Of a stretch of DNA of 64,000 nt, positions 38,106 to 48,930 are shown in pieces (within the stretch, counting starts at the first letter, position 1; each line of letters starts with the position of its first letter). A model generated the notes under the pieces. The model saw only the letters and a list, made by a program, of their open reading frames with translations, made no database searches and was not told where the DNA came from. The stretch lies in sequence record KY794643.1, one strand, 5' to 3'. This DNA is from Staphylococcus phage vB_Sau_S24. The translations under genes and the position numbers were made by a program.

Positions 38106-41100
38106 ATGGCAATTAATTTTAAAGGTTCACCTTATTTAGATAGATTTGACCCGTCTAAAGATAGAACAAAAGTATTATTTAATCCTGATAGACCTCTACA
38201 ACAGGCAGAATTAAATGAAATGCAGTCTATAGACCAATATTATTTAAAAAATCTAGGAGACGCTATTTTTAAAGACGGAGATAAACAATCAGGACTTGGA
38301 TTTACGTTATCACAAGATAATGAAGTAACAATAAATCCAGGTTATGTATATATCAACGGTAAAATAAGATACTATGATAACAATGACTCAGTTAAAATAA
38401 CTGGTGTAGGTAAAGAAACAATAGGTATTAAGTTAACAGAACGTATTATTACACCTGATGAAGATGCTAGCCTATTAGACCAAACTAGCGGAGTACCAAG
38501 TTACTTCTCTAAAGGGGCAGATAGATTAGAAGAAAAGATGACATTAACTGTTAATGACCCTACTTCAGCAACTATATATACCTTCATGGATGGGGATTTA
38601 TACATTCAATCAACTAACGCTGAAATGGAGAAAATAAATAAAGTGTTAGCTGAACGTACCTATGATGAATCAGGTTCATATAAAGTAAGTGGCTTTGAAT
38701 TATTCTCAGAGGGAAATGCTGAGTCTGATGACCATGTGTCTATAGTTGTAGATGCAGGTAAAGCATATGTAAAAGGTTTTAAAGTAGATAAACCAGTATC
38801 AACAAGAATTAGTGTACCAAAATCTTATGATTTAGGTACAGCAGAAAATGAAAGTACAATATTTAATAAATCTAATAACTCTATTAGTTTAGCTAATAGC
38901 CCAGTAAAAGAAATAAAACGTGTTACAGGGCAAGTTCTTATTGAAAAAGAACGAGTTACTAGAGGTTCAACAGGGGATGGTCAAGACTACTTATCCAATA
39001 ACACAGCATTTGAAATTGTAAAAGTTTGGACGGAAACAAGCCCAGGACAAACAACAAAAGAATATGTACAAGGAGAAGACTTTAGACTAACAGACGGTCA
39101 GACAATTGACTGGTCACCTCAAGGACAGGAACCTTCAGGAGGTACTTCATACTATGTTTCTTATAAATATAATAAACGTATGGAAGTCGGTAAAGATTAT
39201 GAAGTAACAACACAAGGTGAAGGTTTAGGTAAGAGATGGTATATTAACTTTACACCTTCAAATGGAGCCAAACCTATTGACCAAACAGTAGTACTAGTAG
39301 ATTATACTTACTACTTAGCTCGTAAAGATTCTGTATTTATTAACCAATACGGTGATATTGCAGTACTACCTGGTGAGCCAAATATTATGAGATTGGTTAC
39401 TCCACCTTCTAATAATGACCCTGAAAACTTGCAGTTAGGTACAGTTACAATATTACCTGATTCAGATGAAGCAGTTTGTATTTCCTTTGCAATAACTAGA
39501 TTATCTATGGAAGATTTACAGAAAGTTAAGACAAGAGTAGATAACTTAGAATACAATGAAGCAGTTAACGCTCTTGATGATGGGGCTATGGAAGGACAAA
39601 ACCCATTACACTTACGTTCAGTATTTAGTGAAGGTTTTATTAGCCTAGATAAATCAGATATCACACACCCTGACTTCGGTGTTGTATTCAGTTTTGAAGA
39701 TGCAGAAGCTACTCTAGCGTATACGGAAGCAGTAAATCAGCCTAAGATTATACCAGGAGATACAACAGCTCATGTTTGGGGTAGATTGATATCAGCTCCG
39801 TTTACAGAAGAGCGTACAATTTATCAAGGACAAGCATCAGAAGCATTAAACGTTAACCCTTATAATATCCCTAACAAACAAGGTGTGTTGAAACTAACAC
39901 CTAGTGAGGATAACTGGATTGATACAGAGAATGTAACAATAACAGAACAAAAAACTAAGAAAGTAACTATGAAACGATTTTGGAGACATAATGAAAGTTA
40001 TTTCGGTGAAACAGAGCAAATGCTCTATAATAACTTACAGTTAGATGCCGGACAAAAATGGGGTAACATGCAATCCAATGCAGGTGAAGCCTACCGTTAT
40101 GATACAAAATACGGACGAACAGGAACAATGCTTGCTTCAGGAGGACAACGTACTTTAGAAGAAATGATTGAATTCATCAGAATTAGAGATGTATCCTTCG
40201 AAGTTAAAGGATTAAACCCTAATGATAATAACTTATATTTATTATTTGATGGTGTAAGATGTGCTATTACTCCTGCAACTGGTTACAGAAAAGGTTCTGA
40301 AGATGGAACTATCATGACAGATGCAAAAGGAACAGCTAAAGGTAAATTTACTATTCCTGCCGGTATTCGTTGTGGTAACCGAGAAGTTACACTTAAGAAT
40401 GCTAACTCTACAAGTGCTACAACTTATACAGCCCAAGGGCGTAAAAAAATCGTTCAAGATATCATTATTAGAACTCGTGTAACAGTAAACTTAGTAGACC
40501 CATTAGCACAATCATTCCAATACGATGAAAACAGAACTATTTCATCATTAGGATTATACTTTGCTTCTAAAGGAGATAAACAATCTAATGTTGTTATTCA
40601 AATTAGAGGCATGGGAGACCAAGGTTATCCTAATAAAACAATCTATGCAGAAACAGTTATGAATGCAGATGACATTAAAGTATCTAATAATGCTAGTGCA
40701 GAAACAAGAGTATATTTTGATGACCCTATGATGGCTGAGGGCGGTAAAGAGTATGCTATTGTTATTATTACTGAGAACAGTGATTATACAATGTGGGTAG
40801 GTACTAGAACTAAGCCTAAGATTGATAAACCTAATGAGGTTATCTCAGGTAACCCGTACCTTCAAGGTGTATTATTTAGTTCATCAAACGCATCAACATG
40901 GACTCCACATCAAAACTCTGACCTTAAATTTGGTATTTATACTTCTAAATTTAATGAGACAGCAACAATTGAGTTTGAACCAATTAAAGATGTATCAGCA
41001 GATAGAATAGTTCTTATGTCTACGTACTTAACTCCTGAGAGAACAGGGTGTACATGGGAAATGAAAGTTATTTTAGATGATATGGCATCTTCTACAACAT

Positions 41101-41582
41101 TCGACCAATTGAAATGGGAGCCTATTGGTAACTATCAAGACTTAGATGTTTTAGGTCTAGCAAGACAGGTTAAACTAAGAGCAACTTTCGAGTCAAATAG
41201 ATATATCTCACCATTAATGAGCTCTAGTGATTTAACATTCACTACATTCCTAACAGAATTAACAGGTTCATATATCGGTAGAGCTATTGATATGACAGAA
41301 GCTCCTTACAATACAATAAGATTTAGTTATGAAGCTTTCTTACCTAGAGGTACTAAGGTAGTTCCTAAGTATTCTACAGATGATGGTAAAAATTGGAATA
41401 CATTTACTAAATCTGCTACAACTACTAGAGCTAACAATGAATTTACACGATACACTATTGATGAAAAAGTAAAATCATCAGGAACAAATACTAAACTACA
41501 AGTTAGATTAGACTTATCAACTGAAAATAGCTTTTTACGTCCTCGTGTTCGTAGACTTATGGTTACTACTAGGGATGAATAA
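38106..41582 (+). CDS. large tail/adsorption-associated structural protein
   Basis: 1158-aa ORF with the RBS aagggagat, followed by a terminator. Confidence 0.6.
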   Translation: MAINFKGSPYLDRFDPSKDRTKVLFNPDRPLQQAELNEMQSIDQYYLKNLGDAIFKDGDKQSGLGFTLSQDNEVTINPGYVYINGKIRYYDNNDSVKITGVGKETIGIKLTERIITPDEDASLLDQTSGVPSYFSKGADRLEEKMTLTVNDPTSATIYTFMDGDLYIQSTNAEMEKINKVLAERTYDESGSYKVSGFELFSEGNAESDDHVSIVVDAGKAYVKGFKVDKPVSTRISVPKSYDLGTAENESTIFNKSNNSISLANSPVKEIKRVTGQVLIEKERVTRGSTGDGQDYLSNNTAFEIVKVWTETSPGQTTKEYVQGEDFRLTDGQTIDWSPQGQEPSGGTSYYVSYKYNKRMEVGKDYEVTTQGEGLGKRWYINFTPSNGAKPIDQTVVLVDYTYYLARKDSVFINQYGDIAVLPGEPNIMRLVTPPSNNDPENLQLGTVTILPDSDEAVCISFAITRLSMEDLQKVKTRVDNLEYNEAVNALDDGAMEGQNPLHLRSVFSEGFISLDKSDITHPDFGVVFSFEDAEATLAYTEAVNQPKIIPGDTTAHVWGRLISAPFTEERTIYQGQASEALNVNPYNIPNKQGVLKLTPSEDNWIDTENVTITEQKTKKVTMKRFWRHNESYFGETEQMLYNNLQLDAGQKWGNMQSNAGEAYRYDTKYGRTGTMLASGGQRTLEEMIEFIRIRDVSFEVKGLNPNDNNLYLLFDGVRCAITPATGYRKGSEDGTIMTDAKGTAKGKFTIPAGIRCGNREVTLKNANSTSATTYTAQGRKKIVQDIIIRTRVTVNLVDPLAQSFQYDENRTISSLGLYFASKGDKQSNVVIQIRGMGDQGYPNKTIYAETVMNADDIKVSNNASAETRVYFDDPMMAEGGKEYAIVIITENSDYTMWVGTRTKPKIDKPNEVISGNPYLQGVLFSSSNASTWTPHQNSDLKFGIYTSKFNETATIEFEPIKDVSADRIVLMSTYLTPERTGCTWEMKVILDDMASSTTFDQLKWEPIGNYQDLDVLGLARQVKLRATFESNRYISPLMSSSDLTFTTFLTELTGSYIGRAIDMTEAPYNTIRFSYEAFLPRGTKVVPKYSTDDGKNWNTFTKSATTTRANNEFTRYTIDEKVKSSGTNTKLQVRLDLSTENSFLRPRVRRLMVTTRDE

Positions 41583-41585
41583 ACT

Positions 41586-41613
41586 AGAGGGGTTGATTGA
41601 CCCCTCTTTATTT
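41586..41613 (+). terminator. intrinsic terminator
   Basis: AGAGGGG / CCCCTCT stem with loop ttgattga, followed by TTATTTAAT. Confidence 0.55.
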
Positions 41614-41630
41614 AATAAGGAGAGATTTGT

Positions 41631-41789
41631 ATGCCTAGAGAAGTTAGAGACCCTTATTCTCAAGCTAAGCTGTTTATTCCTACGGTTGAGGAAAAATCAA
41701 TTAAGGAATTAGAAAGAACATATAAGGAAAAAATTAATGAAGTTGATAGACTTCTTAATGAATTAAAGAAAGAGAGAGGAGAAAAATAG
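41631..41789 (+). CDS. small hypothetical protein (not in the ORF track)
   Basis: 52-aa ORF MPREVRDPYSQAKLFIPTVEEKSIKELERTYKEKINEVDRLLNELKKERGEK with the RBS aaggagag. Its stop abuts the next ATG. Confidence 0.35.
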   Translation: MPREVRDPYSQAKLFIPTVEEKSIKELERTYKEKINEVDRLLNELKKERGEK

Positions 41790-43703
41790 ATGGCATTTAA
41801 TTACACGCCTCTTACTGAAACACAAAAGTTAAAGGATATGTACCCAAAGGTAAATGCTATAGGTAACTTCTTAAAAACCGAGGTTAACCTTAGTGATATA
41901 AAATCAATAACTGGTGTGGATTTTAATAATATTCTAGACAAGATTCCTGATAGTGGTAACTATTATGTAACAACTTCTACAAACCAACCACCAGGGGAAA
42001 ATTGGAATGGTTTTGTACGATTAGATAAAAGAAGTAGTAATTATTACAAAATATACTATTCACCATTCAACAATAATAAAATGTATATTAAGACTTATGC
42101 TAATGGAACAGTATATGATTGGATTAGTTTTAAATTAGATGAAGGTAGCTTATATAATGAAGGTAATACTTTAAATGTAAAAGAACTTACTGAATCTACA
42201 ACACAGTATGCAACATTAGTTAATCCTCCTAAAGAGAACTTAAACACAGGGTGGGTTAATTATAAAGAAAGTAAAAACGGTGTTTCATCCTTAGTAGAAT
42301 TTAACCCTGTTAATTCTACATCCACATTTAAGATGATGAGAAAACTACCTGTACAAGAACAAAACCCTAATTTACTAAAAGATAGTTTATTCGAAGAAAC
42401 ACAGTATAACTTAAAACCATGGGGTTCAAGAAATAGTAATTGGAAATGGGATACAATAGACACATCTGACACCTCAATTACAAACGATATAAGTTTCGAA
42501 GGAAATAAAACAGCTAAGATAACTAACAATGGGACTGGGAAATATCCTATTATTAGAAGTAGAGAGCTAGAAATAGGTAAAGATGTACAACCTGGAGAAC
42601 AATTAACATTTTCTACTTACTTGTATGTTCCTAGTTTAGAGGCAATGAAAGATAATGCGTTTTATATACAAGTGGATAAATATACTGATGATTTACTAGA
42701 TGTTAACAACTCTATACAAAGTTCTAACTACTATAAAGCAGATTTAAAAGAGCAAGAGTGGCAAAGACTGACTGTAACAGTTACAGTACCTCCTATATCA
42801 GAAGCTAAATATATTGCTTGTGCTATGCGTATTACTACTGTTAACTCAGGTACAGGTACTGATATGACAGGTTACTATGCTTTACCTAAATTAGAAAGAG
42901 GCAGTAAAGCCACACCTTTCATAACACATCAAGACGATAAAGTACAATATGATGAGATTTGGTCTAACTGGATAGAAAATGTTGATGAACAATCAATATT
43001 AAATAACTATACTTCAGATGTAAATAAAGATAATTATTTTAAGTATGCATGGTTTACAGATGAAGTAAACGGTATGTCTTTAAAAGAACTTATAATGACT
43101 GTACCACAAGGATACCATACTTTCTATTGTCAAGGCTCTATTAATGGTACACCTAAAGGACGTTCTATAAGAGGGACAATACAATTAGATTATGATAATG
43201 GTGACCCAAATAATACTAATAAATTTATTAATGTACAATTTACAGATAGTCAGGGTGTAAACTTTATTCTTTATTATGGAGGACATAATATAGGATGGAA
43301 ACCTCTAAGACAACAAAGAGCAACTACAATACTTTGGGAAGGTACTTTGGATTACGGTTCAAAAGATACTATCCCTTTAAATGATTCATGGACTAATTAT
43401 GACCTACTAGAAGTTGTATACCTAACCCAATCAGCAGGGCACTATAAAACAATGTTTTTAGATTTAAGGACACCTACCACTCCGTACTTATATATACGAG
43501 ATTTTAATTTAGCTAACAATTCTACAGGTTCAGGAGTAGACTTCTTTGAAGGGTATGCATCTTTCCCAACAAATACTTCAGCAACACCTGCTATGTCTAA
43601 AAAGGTTACTTTAAATGGGTCTACAAATACATCATCTGTAGCATCTTATAATGAACAAGGATTAATAACTATATATAGAATAGCGGGAATTAACACACTT
43701 TAG
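41790..43703 (+). CDS. receptor-binding/tail fibre protein 1
   Basis: 637-aa ORF. Its N-terminal ~30 aa are homologous to the N-terminus of the ORF at 44095, suggesting a shared anchor domain. Confidence 0.55.
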   Translation: MAFNYTPLTETQKLKDMYPKVNAIGNFLKTEVNLSDIKSITGVDFNNILDKIPDSGNYYVTTSTNQPPGENWNGFVRLDKRSSNYYKIYYSPFNNNKMYIKTYANGTVYDWISFKLDEGSLYNEGNTLNVKELTESTTQYATLVNPPKENLNTGWVNYKESKNGVSSLVEFNPVNSTSTFKMMRKLPVQEQNPNLLKDSLFEETQYNLKPWGSRNSNWKWDTIDTSDTSITNDISFEGNKTAKITNNGTGKYPIIRSRELEIGKDVQPGEQLTFSTYLYVPSLEAMKDNAFYIQVDKYTDDLLDVNNSIQSSNYYKADLKEQEWQRLTVTVTVPPISEAKYIACAMRITTVNSGTGTDMTGYYALPKLERGSKATPFITHQDDKVQYDEIWSNWIENVDEQSILNNYTSDVNKDNYFKYAWFTDEVNGMSLKELIMTVPQGYHTFYCQGSINGTPKGRSIRGTIQLDYDNGDPNNTNKFINVQFTDSQGVNFILYYGGHNIGWKPLRQQRATTILWEGTLDYGSKDTIPLNDSWTNYDLLEVVYLTQSAGHYKTMFLDLRTPTTPYLYIRDFNLANNSTGSGVDFFEGYASFPTNTSATPAMSKKVTLNGSTNTSSVASYNEQGLITIYRIAGINTL

Positions 43704-43716
43704 GAGGTTAGAGAAA

Positions 43717-44088
43717 ATGGCTAGACATTTTGATATAGGTAGAGACGAGATAGTATTACATCTTAGAGATGGTAAATACATTACAGGATTTACAACGGCA
43801 GGGGCTTATGATGACGACTTTGGGCAGATAAAAATTAATAGGGAAATTTTACCTGCTTACTTCTTTGATAACTTTGCCTATGAAAGATACTTGTATTATA
43901 GTAAACCTGAAGAGGTTATTGAAAATAAAAACTATGTGCCCCCTCAAAACAATAGTGTTGAGGAGGCTCAACAAAATACTGTACCTAAAGAACAATATGA
44001 TAGTTTAAAAGAAGAGCTAGAACTTATGAAAAAACAACAAGAAGACATGATGAAAATGATTCAACAACTTTTAGGTCAAAAGGGGTAA
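43717..44088 (+). CDS. putative tail fibre assembly chaperone
   Basis: 123-aa ORF between the two fibre genes, with a coiled-coil C-terminus EELELMKKQQEDMMKMIQQLLGQ. Confidence 0.4.
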   Translation: MARHFDIGRDEIVLHLRDGKYITGFTTAGAYDDDFGQIKINREILPAYFFDNFAYERYLYYSKPEEVIENKNYVPPQNNSVEEAQQNTVPKEQYDSLKEELELMKKQQEDMMKMIQQLLGQKG

Positions 44089-44094
44089 TAATAA

Positions 44095-45468
44095 ATGGCA
44101 TTAAACTTTACTACAATAACAGAGAACAATGTTATCAGAGACCTGACTACCCAGGTAAATAATATTGGTGAAGAATTAACAAAAGAAAGAAATATATTTG
44201 ACATTACAGACGATTTAGTATATAATTTTAATAAATCACAGAAAGTTAAATTAACAGATGATAAGGGTTTATCTAAATCTTATGGTAGTATAACTGTAAT
44301 TAGGGATATAAAAGAAGCAGGGTATTATTATATAAATGCAAGAACATTAGCAATGCTAACAGATAAACCTGATATGGAATCTATTGATGTAGTACTTCAA
44401 GTACTACCTTTAGAATCCTCTACTAGAGTAATACAACACTTATATACTCTCTCTACTAATAACAGTCAAATTCGAACTATGTATAGATTTGTTTCAGGAA
44501 ACTCAAGTTCAGAGTGGCAATTTATTCAGGGATTACCGAGTAATAAAAATTCTGTTATATCAGGTTCTAATGTTGATGATTTAGCTTCTCCGGGTGTATA
44601 CTTTGTTACAGGTATGACGGGGGGAATGCCTAGTGGCGTTACTTCAGGTTTCTTAGATTTAAATGTAGATGCTAACGATAATAGAGTAGCTAAGATAACT
44701 GATATTGAAACAGGAAAAGTGTATACTAAAACTAAGAAATCTTCCGGTTCATACACTGAGTGGGCTAAAGAATTTGAACCAACAGATATGCAAAAGTATT
44801 TGTTAGGTAGAATAAAAGATGATGGTAATGTAACATTCCCATTAATGGTTTATACTTCAGATAATAAAACATTCCAACAAGCTGTATTAGACCATGTTAG
44901 TAAAACGGAACAAACTATGTTTACCTTCTATGTTCAAGGAGGAGTAACCGGTTCACCTATGTCTAATAGCTGTAGAGGTATTTTTATTTCGGATACCCCT
45001 AACATTGATAGTTTCCACGGTGTATATAATGCAATAGGAACGGACGGTAGGAATGTTACAGGTTCGGTAGTTAGTGGTAACTGGACTTCACCAAAAACAT
45101 CACCATCACATAAAGAATTATGGACTGGAGCTCAATCATTTTTATCTAAAACATCTAAAGAGATGAAGGATGATATAAGTAATTACTCCTATGTAGAAAT
45201 ATATACGAAACATAAAACAGTAGAGAAAAATCTAGGTAGTGATGATACAGGAACAATTTGCCATAAGTTTTATCTAGATGGTAGTAATGCTTATGTTTGC
45301 TCAGGAACGTTTGTTTCCGGAGAGAGAACAGACACATCAGTTCCTGTTACAGAATTCTATAGAGTAAGTATTAATTTTTCAGGAACAACTTGGAAAATAA
45401 CAGGTAGTGCAGTACAAAATAATAAAACTCAATACGTTACAAGAATTATAGGTATTAATATGCCATAG
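44095..45468 (+). CDS. receptor-binding/tail fibre protein 2
   Basis: 457-aa ORF. The N-terminus MALNFTTITENNVIRDLTTQVNNIGEEL is similar to that of the 41790 protein. Confidence 0.55.
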   Translation: MALNFTTITENNVIRDLTTQVNNIGEELTKERNIFDITDDLVYNFNKSQKVKLTDDKGLSKSYGSITVIRDIKEAGYYYINARTLAMLTDKPDMESIDVVLQVLPLESSTRVIQHLYTLSTNNSQIRTMYRFVSGNSSSEWQFIQGLPSNKNSVISGSNVDDLASPGVYFVTGMTGGMPSGVTSGFLDLNVDANDNRVAKITDIETGKVYTKTKKSSGSYTEWAKEFEPTDMQKYLLGRIKDDGNVTFPLMVYTSDNKTFQQAVLDHVSKTEQTMFTFYVQGGVTGSPMSNSCRGIFISDTPNIDSFHGVYNAIGTDGRNVTGSVVSGNWTSPKTSPSHKELWTGAQSFLSKTSKEMKDDISNYSYVEIYTKHKTVEKNLGSDDTGTICHKFYLDGSNAYVCSGTFVSGERTDTSVPVTEFYRVSINFSGTTWKITGSAVQNNKTQYVTRIIGINMP

Positions 45469-45495
45469 ACTAGGATAAACTCCTAGTCTTTTTTT
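45468..45495 (+). terminator. intrinsic terminator ending the structural operon
   Basis: GACTAGGA / TCCTAGTC stem with loop taaac, followed by TTTTTTT. Confidence 0.65.
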
Positions 45496-45496
45496 C

Positions 45497-45525
45497 TTGA
45501 CTTAATAAGTATTCTATGGTATACT
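45497..45525 (+). promoter_or_regulatory. sigma-A-type promoter for the replication module
   Basis: TTGACT, 17-nt spacer, then TGgTATACT, followed by the RBS aaggag. Confidence 0.6.
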
Positions 45526-45556
45526 ATAATTCGTGTAAGGATATAAGGAGATTAAA

Positions 45557-47305
45557 ATGAGATTAAGAATTAAGAACTTATATACCTATGTAGAATTTGA
45601 GGAGGATGATAAATACTTAAAAGATATATTTTTAAAGAGAGTCCATACGACTATAGGAGCACGCCAAGAAGGATTTCAATATAGTCCTGCTTATAAGAGA
45701 GGTAGTTGGGATGGTTACGTAGACTTTTATGTTTATGAAGAAGATAAATTTCCTACTGGACTTTTATTTAAGATTGAGTTATTATTAGGTGAGTTACAAT
45801 CAAGGTATAACTTCCAGTTTGAAACGATTGATGAACGTGATGAAAGTTTCTTAGCTGAAGAAGATATTGATGATGAGATAACCTTACTCGATAATAATAT
45901 TGGTCAAATTACTTTAAGAGACTATCAATACGAAGCAGTCTACAATAGTTTAACATTCTATAATGGTATTGCTCACTTAGCTACTAACGGGGGTAAAACA
46001 GAAGTTGCTAGTGGTATTATAGACCAACTATTACCTCAGTTAGAAAAAGGAGAAAGAGTAGCATTTTTCACAGGCTCTACAGAGATATTCCATCAATCTG
46101 CAGACAGGTTAAAAGAACGACTAAATATTCCTATTGGTAAAGTAGGGGCAGGTAAGTTTGATGTTAAACAGGTTACAGTTGTAATGATACCTACATTAAA
46201 TGCAAATCTCAAAGACCCTACACAAGGAGTTAAAGTCACACCTAAACAAAACATTAGTAAAAAGATTGCTCAAGAGATATTACCTAAATTTGAAGGTGGT
46301 ACCAATCAAAAGAAATTACTTAAAGTATTACTTGATAACACAACACCTAAAACAAAGGTAGAGCAAAATGTATTAAATGTTTTAGAACTAATTTATCAAA
46401 ACAGTAAAACTGATGCAGAGGTCTTATTAAACTTAAAGAAACATAATGCTCATTTCCAAAAAGTTGTTAGAGAGAAGAATGAGAAGAAATATGATAAATA
46501 TCAAGATATGAGAGACTTTTTAGATTCAGTGACTGTTATGATAGTTGATGAAGCACATCACTCTAAATCTGATTCTTGGTATAATAATCTAATGACTTGT
46601 GAAAAAGCTTTGTATAGGATTGCACTAACAGGTTCTATAGATAAGAAAGATGAGTTACTATGGATGAGACTACAGGCTTTATTTGGTAATGTTATAGCTA
46701 GAACTACTAACAAGTTCTTGATTGATGAAGGACATTCTGCTAGACCGACAATAAATATTATACCAGTAGCTAATCCTAATGATATAGATAGAATTGATGA
46801 TTACAGGGAAGCTTACGATAAAGGTATAACAAATAATGATTTTAGGAATAAACTTATTGCAAAACTAACAGAAAAGTGGTATAATCAAGATAAAGGAACA
46901 TTAATCATTGTAAACTTCATAGAACACGGAGATACAATATCCGAGATGTTAAATGATTTAGATGTAGAGCACTACTTCTTACATGGAGAAATCGACTCTG
47001 ATACTAGAAGAGAAAAACTAAATGACATGAGAAGTGGTAAGCTTAAAGTAATGATAGCTACATCACTTATTGATGAGGGTGTAGACATATCAGGTATTAA
47101 TGCACTAATATTAGGTGCAGGAGGTAAATCATTAAGACAGACACTACAACGTATTGGTCGTGCTTTACGTAAGAAGAAAGATGACAATACAACACAAATA
47201 TTTGATTTTAATGATATGACAAATAGATTTTTATATACTCATGCTAATGAGCGTAGGAAAATTTATGAAGAGGAAGATTTTGAAATAAAAGACTTAGGAA
47301 AATAG
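45557..47305 (+). CDS. SF2 DEAH-box helicase
   Basis: 582-aa ORF with motif I ATNGGKTEVA, motif II IVDEAHHS, and C-terminal helicase motifs (TSLIDEGVDI, QRIGRALR). Confidence 0.7.
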   Translation: MRLRIKNLYTYVEFEEDDKYLKDIFLKRVHTTIGARQEGFQYSPAYKRGSWDGYVDFYVYEEDKFPTGLLFKIELLLGELQSRYNFQFETIDERDESFLAEEDIDDEITLLDNNIGQITLRDYQYEAVYNSLTFYNGIAHLATNGGKTEVASGIIDQLLPQLEKGERVAFFTGSTEIFHQSADRLKERLNIPIGKVGAGKFDVKQVTVVMIPTLNANLKDPTQGVKVTPKQNISKKIAQEILPKFEGGTNQKKLLKVLLDNTTPKTKVEQNVLNVLELIYQNSKTDAEVLLNLKKHNAHFQKVVREKNEKKYDKYQDMRDFLDSVTVMIVDEAHHSKSDSWYNNLMTCEKALYRIALTGSIDKKDELLWMRLQALFGNVIARTTNKFLIDEGHSARPTINIIPVANPNDIDRIDDYREAYDKGITNNDFRNKLIAKLTEKWYNQDKGTLIIVNFIEHGDTISEMLNDLDVEHYFLHGEIDSDTRREKLNDMRSGKLKVMIATSLIDEGVDISGINALILGAGGKSLRQTLQRIGRALRKKKDDNTTQIFDFNDMTNRFLYTHANERRKIYEEEDFEIKDLGK

Positions 47306-47316
47306 GAGGGTAAGAG

Positions 47317-48930
47317 ATGGCAACAAAAACACAACGAAAGTTATACCAATATCTAGAAGAAAATGCTACAGAAAATAAATTTCATATTTCTACTAAGAAA
47401 GAACTAGCAGATTCTCTAGACGTTTCCATCTCTGCTTTATCCAATAACCTTAAAAAGTTAGAAGAAGAAAATAAAATTGTTACTGTATCTAAAAGAGGTA
47501 AAAATGGTGGGGTAGTAATAACTTTAGTTAGAGAATATGACACAGAAGAATTGAAAGAATTTAATAACTCTACAGATAATATTATTACTTCTGATTTACA
47601 GTATGCTAAAGCATTAAGAGAACAGCATTACCCTTCATATAGATATGAGAGAAAAGAACAAAGAAGACGTACAAAATTAGAAATGGCACAATATAATGCT
47701 ATTAAAGATGAGAAAAGAAAGATTATATCTGATATGAATTTTCATTCAGAAGGTCTTCCTTACCCTTCTAAGGAAGTTTTTAATATGTCTTATGACCCTG
47801 AAGGATTTTATAAAGCCTATATACTTTGTAAGCTCTATGACCAGTATGCTATCTCTCATATGGATGCTAAACATACTAGTCACCTTAAAGCAATGAATAA
47901 GGCAACAACTAAAGATGACTATGATTACCACCAACATATGTCTGAATACTATAGAAATAAAATGATTCAGAACTTACCTAGAAATAGTGTAAGTGATAAT
48001 TTCTTTGGTAGTAAAACATTTAATACCTTTTATAATTTTTATTTAAAAATAAAAGATAAAAATATTAATGTATTTAAATATATGCAAAACGTATTTAAGA
48101 ACGTAACATTTTATTATGAGAACGGTATGCAACCTAATCCAATACCTTCTCCTAACTTCTTTAGTTCAGATAAGTATTTTAAAAACTATAATAATTATAT
48201 TAAGGGAATAAAAAAAGGTGTTAACAATACAAATAGACACCTAGGAGATACAGATAGTATTATTAATTCATCAGACTACGTTAAGAATCCTGCTGTATTA
48301 CATTTACATCAATTATACACTACAGGGTTAAATTCTAACTTACATGATATTGATACTATGTTTGAACAAGCCTTAGACCTTGAGAATGCTTCTTATGGAT
48401 TATTTGGAGATATGAAACATATTATTTTACTACAATATAATTCTATGATTGAAGAAGAAATTAAGAACCTACCTACAGAAGAGAAAAGTATCATTAATAA
48501 ATATGTAAAACAATGCATAATTAATGATTACTCTCCAACAAGTATATCACCATCTGCAAGGTTATCAATGTTTACTATGCAGAAAGAGCATATAGTTTAT
48601 GATAAACAGTTAAACAAAGGAATCAAAAGAGAAGATTTATTACCGATAAGTCTAGGAGGTATAGTGAATAGAAATTCACTGAGTGGTATGGATATACAAA
48701 ACTTAGAACAGAACGGTAATGAGTATCTTTATATGAGACAACATACTTCAACTTATTATATACTAAGAATGTTTGGTGATTACCTAGGGTATGAAGTAAA
48801 CCTAAGAGAAGTAAAATATATTATAGAAAAATATAATTTAATTGATAAAATACCATTGACAAAAGAAGGTATGTTGGATTATAATAAACTTATACATTTA
48901 GTAGAGGAAGAGGTTAATAACTATGAGTAA
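47317..48930 (+). CDS. putative replication initiation (Rep-like) protein with an N-terminal winged-helix
   Basis: 537-aa ORF. The N-terminus LADSLDVSISALSNNLKKLEEENKIVTVSKRGKNGGVVITL is HTH-like; the rest is Asn/Tyr-rich. Confidence 0.4.
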   Translation: MATKTQRKLYQYLEENATENKFHISTKKELADSLDVSISALSNNLKKLEEENKIVTVSKRGKNGGVVITLVREYDTEELKEFNNSTDNIITSDLQYAKALREQHYPSYRYERKEQRRRTKLEMAQYNAIKDEKRKIISDMNFHSEGLPYPSKEVFNMSYDPEGFYKAYILCKLYDQYAISHMDAKHTSHLKAMNKATTKDDYDYHQHMSEYYRNKMIQNLPRNSVSDNFFGSKTFNTFYNFYLKIKDKNINVFKYMQNVFKNVTFYYENGMQPNPIPSPNFFSSDKYFKNYNNYIKGIKKGVNNTNRHLGDTDSIINSSDYVKNPAVLHLHQLYTTGLNSNLHDIDTMFEQALDLENASYGLFGDMKHIILLQYNSMIEEEIKNLPTEEKSIINKYVKQCIINDYSPTSISPSARLSMFTMQKEHIVYDKQLNKGIKREDLLPISLGGIVNRNSLSGMDIQNLEQNGNEYLYMRQHTSTYYILRMFGDYLGYEVNLREVKYIIEKYNLIDKIPLTKEGMLDYNKLIHLVEEEVNNYE

